Of a stretch of DNA of 64,000 bases, positions 55,557 to 64,000 are shown piece after piece. The notes under the pieces are model-generated. The model made no database searches. It saw only the letters and a program-made list of their open reading frames with translations, and was not told where the DNA came from. Source of the stretch: Methanomassiliicoccales archaeon (lineage in GTDB: Archaea; Thermoplasmatota; Thermoplasmata; Methanomassiliicoccales; JACIVX01); NCBI GenBank assembly GCA_014361295.1, contig JACIVX010000001.1:898293-962292 (forward strand). The letters run 5' to 3'. Made by a program: the position numbers and the translations under genes. How positions within the stretch are numbered: the first letter of the stretch is position 1; every line of letters starts with the position of its first letter.

Positions 55557-56294
55557 TCACCTGAGGAGCGCGTATTCATCCTTTCCGTATTTTTCTTCAG
55601 TGAGTTGCCTGATCGTCTTTTCTTCAAAATGTGTCAAGACGCCTTTGACGATTTCAACTTGGAATTCTTCGGCAAACGCGCGAATGAGCGCTTTCTTCAC
55701 CTCATCCACAGAAGGTTTTCTGCCGAGCTCGATCGCCAGTGATGTCATTTCCTCTGGTGTTCTGATTTTCTTCTTTTTTGTTTTCAAAATTCGGAACATG
55801 AGATCAAAATCTGCATCGATGATCAATGTTCCATGCTGGAGGACAATATTCCACTTTCTAACTTGAGCGCTTCCCGAGATCTTCTTCCCGTTGACAACGA
55901 CATCATTGATCGGCTTAAAATCCGCAGCAACACCAAGAAGACCGAGAGCCCTAATTATCGCGCCACAAATAATTCTGTAGGTGTCATTTGGGTTTTCTGG
56001 CACAACCTCGTTATCAACAACCACAGAATAGATAATCTGATCCTGATCTGTGTAAATCGCGCTCCCTCCGCTGACTCTTCTGACGATATGTGCCCCGATT
56101 CGCTTCGCGAGTTCGAGATTAACGTTTTCCTCAATCTTCTCGAAATAACCGAGTGAAATCGTCGGGCGATCTCTGCGATAAAGATGAAGTGTATTCGGAA
56201 CGAGATTTTTGTGTCTCGCGATCATGATCGCCTCATCGGCAGCTGATGTGTAAGGGGGACTGGCGAGATCGGTATCCAGCAGGCGCCAAATCAT
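55557..56294 (-). CDS. lplA: Lipoate-protein ligase A catalytic (N-terminal) subunit / BPL-LplA-LipB family
   Basis: TLHLYRRDRPTISLGYF, RRVSGGSAIY, GKKISGSAQ (lipoyl-AMP Lys). 245 aa with no C-terminal accessory domain, as in the bipartite archaeal LplA. Confidence 0.82.
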   Translation of the reverse strand: MIWRLLDTDLASPPYTSAADEAIMIARHKNLVPNTLHLYRRDRPTISLGYFEKIEENVNLELAKRIGAHIVRRVSGGSAIYTDQDQIIYSVVVDNEVVPENPNDTYRIICGAIIRALGLLGVAADFKPINDVVVNGKKISGSAQVRKWNIVLQHGTLIIDADFDLMFRILKTKKKKIRTPEEMTSLAIELGRKPSVDEVKKALIRAFAEEFQVEIVKGVLTHFEEKTIRQLTEEKYGKDEYALLR

Positions 56295-56357
56295 GATAAT
56301 GCAAGAATTAGAGAAAATAAAAAGATTTAGATGGAAAGGATTTGAGAGTGGTCGAAC

Positions 56358-59288
56358 TCACTTCTTCTCTTTACCGCCCTTTTCTGGCTTCGTTTCTCCT
56401 TTTGTCTTGCCGCCGACCTTCGGCAAGCGCTTCCTCATGTAGACGAGAATGATCACGACGATGATGACGGCAAAAATCCCACCGTAAATCGCTGCAGCCT
56501 TCCAGCCCGCTTCCTTCACCGTCAGAGAAGTTGTGTAGCTGTTATCGTTCTTACTGATTTCTCCACTCGCGGTCACTTCAACATAGATCGTGTAATTCCC
56601 TTTGGTATCAGCCCTCCACTGGAATGTGATGATCCCGTAATGACCAGGCAGAAGCTGTCCACCTACAGTGCCGTTCAGGATGCTCGATGTTCCGAGAGGC
56701 TGCTTTTGGCCCGTGAGCGTCATCTTGTAGAATGTCGCCACAATGTTCGTCGCATTTGCATTTCCCACATTAGTCACATTGAGCTTCATCGTACCAATTT
56801 CGCCCTCTGTGAAGATCGCTGGGTCGAAGACCAAGGAAGTGACTCTGAGATCGGGCCTCGGAGACGATGTGATCACAATTTGCTTCGTGAGATTTGCTGA
56901 GTTTCCTGATTTGTCAGTCACTGTCAACTTGATTGTGAAAGTCTTTATCGCCGCGAAGCTATGCGTTACATTGACGCCTGTCGCATTGGTCCCATCACTG
57001 AAATCCCATCTGAAGGTGAGATTCTGTAGGCTGTCGACATTGTCGGTTGTGGCACTCGCATCGAAATAAAGAGTCGTGTTTTCCATCGCCGTCGTGACCG
57101 ACGCGAACTTTTCGTCCTTGATGACAAAAGAGACGATCGGGCCCGTTGTGTCCTTCACGACGACCATTATCTGCGCGACAGAGTAGTGACCGACAACATC
57201 CGTCACGTTTAGCTTTACAACATAGTTTCCTGCCCTAGGATATGCATGAGAAACATTCTGATTCTCGCCCCTCATGATCGTGGTTTGATTGCCATCGCCG
57301 AAGTCCCATTTCCAAGAATAGATTAAACCCTTCTGCGCATCGGATGATGAGTTCGTATAGTCGTAAGATGAAGCACCGTTGAAGACCAGTGCTTCCGACT
57401 GGTTAGCGTAGATCTTGTTGTTCTGTATCTGCTTGTTGAGTACCTGGATCACTGGGGTAGGATTAACAGAGTCGATTCTAACGGAGAATGACGCGGAATC
57501 TTTCAAGCCAGCAACATCAACAACTGTAAGTGAAACCGTCAATTCGTAAATTGCCAGAGTGTAATTGTGCTTCGTTGTAACGGTCGTCACTTCCGCTACG
57601 TTCCCGTCACCGAAGTCCCATACGTATTTCAGTGGGTTCCCATTCGGATCGTACGAACCAGCTGCACTGAACGACACCTCAGTATCGAATGCGACAATAT
57701 AGTAGAGAAGCGTTGAGTTTGCGTCTCTGACATCGTAAACATTGGTGCCAGTGACAAGGCTTGCAACGGCTTTTGGCGCAACGGATTTCTGGAATGTCAT
57801 CGTCACAGAGGCAAGCGATGTTGACGCGTAGAGCTGTGGCTGGATGGTCAAATCGAGGTAACCATAGACCTTGACATAGGAGCTGCTCGTTGTGTTCGCC
57901 GTCAACTCATAACCGTCTGGAAGGGAGATATGATACACATAATCGAGTGTTTGAGTGTCGTAACTTGCATAAAGTTGACCAGTATATGATTGAGTCCCCA
58001 AAGAAATCGCCGATACGGAATCATAGCGCGTTTTCAGCAAAGCCGAGTACTGCTGCGTCGAATTTGTAGGTCCGAGGAGGCCGAAATACTCGAGTGAAGA
58101 GAATCCCTCGATTTGAGAGACGAACTTCGTCCCATTGACTTTCATCAGCCACTCGCTTGTTACATTCTGTGGACCGAATGAAGTGATCTTCTGCAAGAAT
58201 GCTTGAAGCTCTGTGGTGTTTATTTCGCCATCACCATCTCCTAGCGCAAAATCAATCTGCATGCGGAGGCTCTTCAGATAACTATACGGCAGACTTGGAA
58301 TCGTTGCATCGAAGTCCATTGTTAAATTAGTAGTCAAGTTGAAGTGATTCCAATCATTCTCGTAAAATTCCAACGAAAGGCTTGTCGTCTGGACAGACTG
58401 TGATGTGAGGTTGACCATCATCGTTTTTGTCGCCGACAAGACGACCTTCGTCATATTCGCCTTCGCGTTCGCCGCATCGACAATCAGATAAAATTCTCCG
58501 GTGTAGGCATCGAACTCAAAATAGTTCGTTCCGAGGGTCTTGGGCCTTACAATTCTTTTTTCAATGTCCAGCGATGTCGATGTTGAGATAAGGCAGGCGG
58601 TCAGACCTTGTGTAACGGGCATACCGTTGAGGTACGCGTATCCTCTAAAGATAGTAGAAGTATCCATGTAAATCGTCATCGTCTCATTTCCCGTGATCTC
58701 AACGAGCGTCACATTCGTCGCATATCCGGAGCAGGAGACGATGAGCTTGTAGGTCGAAGGATATACTGGCACGACGAACGAACCATCTGCTGATGTCGAG
58801 TTGTATATCTCCTGCATATTATTCTCGATATCAAGCACTTTGAGTCTGACGCCATTGACGGCGATTGCTGTTCCGTTTTTGAAAACGCTGACTGTCAGGG
58901 TATAGTCCTTTGACGGCAATTCTTCAAGGGCGACTAAATTCAGAGCAAGCGGAGACATGCCATCAAATCTAATGATCTGGGGATATACATAATCGAAATA
59001 CCCTGATTTGACTATTGTGAGTTCATAATATCCTGGCAAAGGATTAAAAGTGACAAGACCGCTTGAGTCGCTCACATTGGTATATTTCTTAAGCGTGTGA
59101 ACCTCCCTCAGGGTCGCTTGAACTCCAACGACAGGTTTTCCATCTCCGTCAACTACGTTGAACGATATCTGATTCGATGTGCTGGTTGCAACTGCATTAG
59201 GTCCTGGCAAGAAAGCCAGAGACGAAAGCAGAATTAACAGAGCCAGCAATCCAGTTATGACCTTTGCTCCATTGTTCTTATGCACCAT
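56358..59288 (-). CDS. Large cell-surface (S-layer-like) glycoprotein: signal peptide, CarboxypepD_reg-like repeats, three PKD domains, CARDB-like domain, C-terminal TM anchor and Lys-rich tail
   Basis: 976 aa with an N-terminal signal/TM. Repeated ..GKPV.G..V......G.Y.L.. beta-sandwich units. PKD signatures YVWDFGDGN, WKWDFGDGN, FRWDFSDGT. C-terminal AAIYGGIFAVIIVVIILVYMRKRLPK... About 30 N-x-S/T sequons by manual count. Confidence 0.85.
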   Translation of the reverse strand: MVHKNNGAKVITGLLALLILLSSLAFLPGPNAVATSTSNQISFNVVDGDGKPVVGVQATLREVHTLKKYTNVSDSSGLVTFNPLPGYYELTIVKSGYFDYVYPQIIRFDGMSPLALNLVALEELPSKDYTLTVSVFKNGTAIAVNGVRLKVLDIENNMQEIYNSTSADGSFVVPVYPSTYKLIVSCSGYATNVTLVEITGNETMTIYMDTSTIFRGYAYLNGMPVTQGLTACLISTSTSLDIEKRIVRPKTLGTNYFEFDAYTGEFYLIVDAANAKANMTKVVLSATKTMMVNLTSQSVQTTSLSLEFYENDWNHFNLTTNLTMDFDATIPSLPYSYLKSLRMQIDFALGDGDGEINTTELQAFLQKITSFGPQNVTSEWLMKVNGTKFVSQIEGFSSLEYFGLLGPTNSTQQYSALLKTRYDSVSAISLGTQSYTGQLYASYDTQTLDYVYHISLPDGYELTANTTSSSYVKVYGYLDLTIQPQLYASTSLASVTMTFQKSVAPKAVASLVTGTNVYDVRDANSTLLYYIVAFDTEVSFSAAGSYDPNGNPLKYVWDFGDGNVAEVTTVTTKHNYTLAIYELTVSLTVVDVAGLKDSASFSVRIDSVNPTPVIQVLNKQIQNNKIYANQSEALVFNGASSYDYTNSSSDAQKGLIYSWKWDFGDGNQTTIMRGENQNVSHAYPRAGNYVVKLNVTDVVGHYSVAQIMVVVKDTTGPIVSFVIKDEKFASVTTAMENTTLYFDASATTDNVDSLQNLTFRWDFSDGTNATGVNVTHSFAAIKTFTIKLTVTDKSGNSANLTKQIVITSSPRPDLRVTSLVFDPAIFTEGEIGTMKLNVTNVGNANATNIVATFYKMTLTGQKQPLGTSSILNGTVGGQLLPGHYGIITFQWRADTKGNYTIYVEVTASGEISKNDNSYTTSLTVKEAGWKAAAIYGGIFAVIIVVIILVYMRKRLPKVGGKTKGETKPEKGGKEKK

Positions 59289-59523
59289 TTTCCCTCCTCA
59301 TGGCCCAAGCACAAAAACGTGCCCCTGAGACTAGGGTATTGGTGCGGAATGGATTAGCCCTTTATAAAGGTTATTGTAATGATAATAACAGCTGGCATTT
59401 CGAGATAAACTCATTCAGACCATTTTGTCAGGCCATCGTTTCAAAAGGATTCTCAATTCACTCGATTCCCGCGTTCACCATCACTGCTGCTGACATTTTT
59501 AAATCGTTTTCTCTCTGGTGATT

Positions 59524-60681
59524 TCACGTAATAAGTTCTTTGAGCTTGCCCTCCTCGATTGCTCTTCTGACCTCCATGGCAAGTCTTCGCCCTGTGCTCA
59601 TGTTCTTTCTCCATAACGTGTTTCCGTAAGGATGACCGACGGACATGTGTATATTCGTGCCTCCTCCAATTCGCGGTGCAACATCATAAATGAAGAATTT
59701 AAGATCCTTATCAACACAAGTCTGCAAACAAAAAGGCCCTATTATTCCAGGCGGAAAATACTCCTGCGTTGCTTTGACATATTTTTCAGCGAGTTTGAAG
59801 GCATCTTCGAGCAAAGATTCTCTCAGGGTCGCAGAGTTGTGTCCACAAACGGTGTACTCTGGGAGGATCTGTTCCTTGTCCAGCGAAAGTTGCTGTGCAG
59901 CTGGTAACCTCACATAGCCGTCGAGCGAGCTTTCAAAGCGCCAGTCAATACCAAGAAGTTCGATTTTTTCACCTGCCGTTTCGATGGGAGAGTAAAAGAA
60001 ATCAAGATTGAAGACTGGACCGATGATGTATTCTTCCATCCTCGCTCGCGAAAGATCGTTCGCATCGATCACCCCTTGCTCAATCAGCTGTTCTGCCTTC
60101 TTCTTATACTCACTTGGAGAGGATGCGGTGAAAAAACCCCTCTCTAGTTTTTTCTTTGCATGATGCAATTTAACAATCGTAAGCGAATTGATGTCATTTG
60201 GATCGTCAATCCTTCTCGGAAACGGCAAACCAGCTTTTTCAAGAAGCCAGTAATAATCCCTCTCGCCTCCCCTTTCCTCCGTTCGCAAAAGATTTCTGCT
60301 GCCAACAATAGGGATCATGAATTCATTCTCGATCGCATCGACCCCACAATATGATGTAAACGAGCGATTCGGTACAAAAAGAACGTTCTCATTTACCAGC
60401 AATTTTTGAACTTTCGAATCGATGATGTCTTTGAATTTCTTGAGCAAAATGACTTTATCGACGATTCCACGGCGAATTGTACCGTCGGGGTTTCGAAGTG
60501 CTCTGAAATATTTTGAATATGTCTGTTCTCTTCCCTCCTGGCAAACAACAACTGTTTCAAATCCCTCCTCCACCGCACCGTCACAAACATCAAGGGCTGA
60601 ATGAGATCCCAGCGTTCCAATCTTGATTTTCTCAACATTGTAGGCATCAATCATGGCGAATATCGCTTCCCTGTTGATCAT
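59524..60681 (-). CDS. purP: 5-formaminoimidazole-4-carboxamide ribonucleotide (FAICAR) synthetase, archaeal ATP-grasp type
   Basis: IGTLGSHSALDV N-terminal motif, an ATP-grasp core, and C-terminal GGTN...GHPYG. 385 aa. Confidence 0.88.
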   Translation of the reverse strand: MINREAIFAMIDAYNVEKIKIGTLGSHSALDVCDGAVEEGFETVVVCQEGREQTYSKYFRALRNPDGTIRRGIVDKVILLKKFKDIIDSKVQKLLVNENVLFVPNRSFTSYCGVDAIENEFMIPIVGSRNLLRTEERGGERDYYWLLEKAGLPFPRRIDDPNDINSLTIVKLHHAKKKLERGFFTASSPSEYKKKAEQLIEQGVIDANDLSRARMEEYIIGPVFNLDFFYSPIETAGEKIELLGIDWRFESSLDGYVRLPAAQQLSLDKEQILPEYTVCGHNSATLRESLLEDAFKLAEKYVKATQEYFPPGIIGPFCLQTCVDKDLKFFIYDVAPRIGGGTNIHMSVGHPYGNTLWRKNMSTGRRLAMEVRRAIEEGKLKELIT

Positions 60682-60746
60682 TAAAATCCTCCTTCGAAGA
60701 GGGAATCTTCAACAACCAATATATGTTATCCTCTTTCTCCTGAGAT

Positions 60747-61970
60747 TCAAACAACACCAATCAGGAATAACGCTTCCATAAGGAATATCGCCCCAACAAA
60801 ATCGATCGCAGAGGATGTGAGCGGAATGCTGTGGTTATCTGGATCAAGCGAGAAATGAAATGTTAGAGTCGCGATATAGTAGGAAATGACTGTGAGCACG
60901 GCGACAGTTAGAAAACCTGCTACGAGGGAGATTAGTATCATAACCCAAATTCCTGGTGAACTCAATCCCAGCAACAACGCGACAAGATGCGAAGAGATGC
61001 CAACGAGCGTGAAAACCCATAATGAGAGTATTAAAATAATCGCGAAATTCTCGATTTCGAGACCACTAGGGATTTTCCTCGGTTTGATCAAACCGACGTG
61101 AAGCATCGATGCCAGTCTGGAAGTAAGTATGCCCCCGAGTGCATTTGCATCTTCGAGAAATGGGGGGATCATAACAAGGAGGGCTGGAAATGTGACAAGC
61201 TCCTCCAACCTGTGCTCGATCGTCATGCCCGCACCGATGTCGAGGATGGCACAAAGAGAAAGTACCGGGATACTTTCGATCAAGATCCTTCTTGCCAATT
61301 CCTCTTTACTCCTGGCTGCGAAAATCAACGTAATAAAAGTTGCGATGATAAAGAGCACGGAGAACAAAGTAATGATAACTTCTGGAAAGCTGAGAACGAT
61401 GATTGCTGACAAGAAAAGCATCGGTAATGTGACGATGTCTCCCGCCGCAGTGATAATGGGCGCTGAGAAGTTGTCTATATCCCACCCTTTCTTGAAGCCG
61501 ATGTAGGCAACAAAAATATTAACGAAAATGAGGACAAAACCTGCGAGCACCCCGCCGAGAACGGATATGAAAATAAATGTCCAGATGGAGATACTCGGAA
61601 AGCCCATCAGATCGGTGATGAGCTTCGCAAATACACCCATCAAGAGAGATATGATCATTGTAAGGAAGATCGACGCTTCGAGATTCTGCCTGAGAACACT
61701 GCCTTTCTTGACAGTCATTTCGAATGTACCAATATGCATCGCAGTCCCGAGTCTGCTTCCGAGGGCACCAAAAATGTTCCCTCTCATACCAATAGCTGGT
61801 GGAATAAGAACCATTAAACCTGGAAGCAGGGCAAGAGTATTGGTCATGAATCCAAGTGTTGCACCAGCGAGGAGGTCTCCAATAGAAGAAATCATATTTG
61901 CGACTAAGCCGTGAGCGAAGACTTCTCTGTTCCTCGTTATGAACGCCCTTATGATGACCCTTGCCCCCAT
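60747..61970 (-). CDS. Divalent-cation (MgtE/SLC41-like) transporter membrane protein with two tandem MgtE-type TM domains
   Basis: Two repeats of the PGLMVLIPPAIGMRGNIFGALGSRL / PALLVMIPPFLEDANALGGILTSRL pattern. About 10 TM. No cytosolic CBS or MgtE-N domain. Confidence 0.78.
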   Translation of the reverse strand: MGARVIIRAFITRNREVFAHGLVANMISSIGDLLAGATLGFMTNTLALLPGLMVLIPPAIGMRGNIFGALGSRLGTAMHIGTFEMTVKKGSVLRQNLEASIFLTMIISLLMGVFAKLITDLMGFPSISIWTFIFISVLGGVLAGFVLIFVNIFVAYIGFKKGWDIDNFSAPIITAAGDIVTLPMLFLSAIIVLSFPEVIITLFSVLFIIATFITLIFAARSKEELARRILIESIPVLSLCAILDIGAGMTIEHRLEELVTFPALLVMIPPFLEDANALGGILTSRLASMLHVGLIKPRKIPSGLEIENFAIILILSLWVFTLVGISSHLVALLLGLSSPGIWVMILISLVAGFLTVAVLTVISYYIATLTFHFSLDPDNHSIPLTSSAIDFVGAIFLMEALFLIGVV

Positions 61971-62318
61971 GAGGATTAATAGATACGATACGAAATTGAA
62001 AATATAATAAAATAGTTGCCATTCTGGAATTAAGATTTTCTAAAGATACAATTGTGCCCAACCCTTTAATTCATCATCTGATTTTTGTCTCTCATAATGG
62101 ATAAATACTCCTGAGTTCAATATGAAAAAGGTAATCGCGGAGAATAGAGAAATGCGCGTCGCATCATCGGATCGCAGACCTGTTAAAAGGTTTGATAAGC
62201 AAAAAAATGATATCAATAAAGATCGACATGAGTTATGGCAATGTGAAGATCGGTCTTTTAAATGACTTGCCATAAAGATCGATCGCTGTTCAAATAATCA
62301 AGATTTGGAGCTCATGAG

Positions 62319-62972
62319 GTGAGATCTGAGGTGAAGGAACATACACCGGAAAAAATCGAAGGAGTTTCTAAGACAGTAAGAGAGTTACTTACCAGGATGA
62401 AGGATACATCTGAGGTCATCGTGGATTTGGCATATGCAGCCCTGATGTTCGACAGCAAAGAGATCGCCGAAGAAGTGAAGAAATTAGAGGCGGAAATGGA
62501 TACGCTGAGATACGAAATCAGAATCAGGGCGATGCTCGCAGCAAGAACAAAGAATGATGCTATACAACTTTCTGGCCTTCTTCAAATTGCATCTGCGGCA
62601 GCTTCGATTTCTCACGCCGCAGCTGATATGGTCAAGTTGCTCGATCTCGATATCGAAAAGCGCCCTTTCTTATCATTTGTTTTGCGTGATGCAGAGGAGA
62701 AGATCAGATTGATCAATCTTTCCGAGCGATCGGATATGGTAAACAGGACGATTGACGAACTTGGCATCGAATGTAGAACTGGAATGAGGATCATTGCAAT
62801 CAAAAGAGGTAAGAGATGGATTTACGACCCTGAAGATCACGTTCGATTGAAAGCTGGCGATGTTCTCATCGTCAGAGGGACGGAGGATGGTTACGAGATT
62901 CTCAACAAATATGCCACTGGCGAAAGAAAATGGCCAGAGGATTCCGACGAAGAATATCGCGAGGGGGAATGA
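62319..62972 (+). CDS. PhoU-like helical domain plus TrkA-C (RCK_C) domain regulatory protein, paralog 1
   Basis: MKDTSEVIVDLAYAALMFDSKEIAEEV... (PhoU-like) and C-terminal LGIECRTGMRIIAIKRGKRWIYDPEDHVRLKAGDVLIVRG (TrkA-C). The start is GTG 62319 or GTG 62331; the latter lies 8 nt after the Shine-Dalgarno-like GAGGTGA. Confidence 0.78.
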   Translation: MRSEVKEHTPEKIEGVSKTVRELLTRMKDTSEVIVDLAYAALMFDSKEIAEEVKKLEAEMDTLRYEIRIRAMLAARTKNDAIQLSGLLQIASAAASISHAAADMVKLLDLDIEKRPFLSFVLRDAEEKIRLINLSERSDMVNRTIDELGIECRTGMRIIAIKRGKRWIYDPEDHVRLKAGDVLIVRGTEDGYEILNKYATGERKWPEDSDEEYREGE

Positions 62973-62973
62973 T

Positions 62974-63543
62974 ATGCAGGACCTGGAAAAAATGTTCCTC
63001 GAAATAAAAGATACCTCAGAGCTAATGATCGACCTCGCGTATTCCTCTTTAATTTACAACAACAAAGACATTGCAGAGGAAGTTTTCATCATGGAAGAAA
63101 TGATCGATGAATTGACGAGCCAGCTACAGGAAGAAGCGATCAAACGAGCGATCGAAGACAAGAACGTTCACAAGGCGCTTGCTGTGATCAGATTGGCTAC
63201 GTCAATTGAAGAAATTTCTGATGCCGCAATGCAGATCGCCGATGTTGTGCTTCGAGACGTTCAACCACATCCAGTCATTCAGCTCAGCTTGAGGGAATCT
63301 GATGTGATTATCACAACGGCTAGGGTCAGCGAAAATTCGGAACTGGCGAATAAATCGCTTGGCGATATAAAACTTCCATCAAGATGTGGCATGTGGCTCG
63401 TCGCCATCAAAAGGGGTAAAAAGTACATTTACGGGCCAGACAAGCGTACCGTTGTCCAGCCTCAGGACATTCTCATAGCGAGAGGACCTCCGGACGGTGA
63501 GGAATATTTCAAGTGTCTGGCTGCTGGAACGAACGAAGATTGA
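62974..63543 (+). CDS. PhoU-like plus TrkA-C domain regulatory protein, paralog 2
   Basis: Same architecture as the upstream gene (IKDTSELMIDLAYSSLIYNNKDIAEEV...; GMWLVAIKRGKKYIYGPDKRTVVQPQDILIARG). ATG lies 1 nt after the upstream stop. Confidence 0.78.
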   Translation: MQDLEKMFLEIKDTSELMIDLAYSSLIYNNKDIAEEVFIMEEMIDELTSQLQEEAIKRAIEDKNVHKALAVIRLATSIEEISDAAMQIADVVLRDVQPHPVIQLSLRESDVIITTARVSENSELANKSLGDIKLPSRCGMWLVAIKRGKKYIYGPDKRTVVQPQDILIARGPPDGEEYFKCLAAGTNED

Positions 63544-63631
63544 AGACAAATCGGAAATACACCGTCATTCTGGAACAAAGATCATAGCAATAGATGAAAA
63601 TTGCTTTCTGGCGTTATTAAAGGATACAAGG

Positions 63632-63704
63632 TAGCCCCGGGCAGATTCGAACTGCCGTCGCAGGATCCAGAGTCCCGCATGATTGACCGCTACACCACGG
63701 GGCT
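63632..63704 (-). tRNA. tRNA-Gln (anticodon CUG)
   Basis: AGCCCCGTGGTGTAGCGGTCAATCATGCGGGACTCTGGATCCTGCGACGGCAGTTCGAATCTGCCCGGGGCTA. It has the A1-U72 pair typical of archaeal tRNA-Gln and anticodon stem CGGGA/TCCTG with loop CT-CTG-GA. Confidence 0.9.
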
Positions 63705-63730
63705 ATGCATCCTCTCGAAAAGTTTGCTTG

Positions 63731-63738
63731 AATTTAAT
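63731..63738 (-). promoter_or_regulatory. TATA-box-like element (AATTAAAT) upstream of tRNA-Gln
   Basis: Lies 26 nt upstream of the mature 5' end (63704), preceded by an A-rich BRE-like run. Confidence 0.4.
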
Positions 63739-63799
63739 TTTTTTGTAGTTTCTCTGGCGATGATTTATAATTAGCATGTCATGATGGGCAAATACACTT

Positions 63800-63837
63800 A
63801 TATATACTTTAAGGAAAATATATACTTTAAGGGAAAA
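63800..63837. repeat. Near-perfect ~18-bp tandem duplication (ATATATACTTTAAGG(G)AAA x2)
   Basis: Copy 1 at 63800-63817 and copy 2 at 63818-63836, differing by one extra G. Lies between the adk 3' end and tRNA-Gln. Confidence 0.85.
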
Positions 63838-63861
63838 ATGCCAAATCGCAACCAATTGCCT

Positions 63862-64000
63862 TCAGATCACGTCTTTTAATTCCTCTCGTATTCTCTCGAA
63901 CACCTCATCGATTGTTCCATCACCATTAATCTCGATGAGCACTCCTTTGTTTCGATAGTACTCAATCAGCGGCAATGTAGCTTCTTTGTAGATACTCAAT
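63862..64000 (-). CDS. adk: Adenylate kinase, C-terminal fragment (gene continues beyond the window end)
   Basis: The minus-strand frame gives ...LSIYKEATLPLIEYYRNKGVLIEINGDGTIDEVFERIREELKDVI-stop, the conserved C-terminal block of bacterial-type Adk (T.PLI.YY...G.L..I.G...IDEVF). Confidence 0.75.
   Translation of the reverse strand, partial: LSIYKEATLPLIEYYRNKGVLIEINGDGTIDEVFERIREELKDVI

Overview
This 64-kb window is a compact archaeal chromosome segment. Archaeal markers include aRF1, ribosomal proteins S3Ae, L37e, L18e, L13 and S9, RNA polymerase subunit N, an Sm protein, PurP, archaeal DtdA, and BHB-type tRNA introns. The gene set looks euryarchaeal, possibly Thermoplasmata-like, but that is inference only. 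Coding density is high and mostly housekeeping: aminoacyl-tRNA synthetases TrpS, PheS-alpha and ArgS, purine and pyrimidine genes PurF, PurP, PyrC and PyrH, central metabolism (Acs, tungsten AOR plus ferredoxin, Zn-ADH, CysK, a DapA-family lyase) and several transporters. I found six tRNA genes (Trp, Arg, Ala, Met/Ile2-CAU, Pro, Gln). Three contain introns: tRNA-Trp carries a 98-nt intron that is a complete box C/D guide RNA, and tRNA-Arg carries two BHB introns, at 37/38 and 59/60. I recognised no rRNA genes, CRISPR arrays, transposases or integrases. The stand-out locus is a tightly coupled four-gene minus-strand operon at 41.9-44.25 kb. It encodes an E1-like adenylating enzyme, a 79-aa ubiquitin-like protein ending in a native Gly-Gly, an E2 with the eukaryote-type HPN...Cys active site, and a JAMM/MPN+ isopeptidase. 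This is a minimal eukaryote-like ubiquitylation cassette with no RING E3, sitting among housekeeping genes. Other observations: a nitroreductase gene disrupted by a perfect 5-bp tandem duplication; an S3Ae reading frame that runs into, and stops inside, the downstream tRNA-Met gene; many perfect short tandem duplications in intergenic DNA; three unusually long ORF-poor gaps, one next to tRNA-Pro; and several coupled gene pairs of unclear function. All calls come from reading the sequence and ORF translations by eye. No database search was run.
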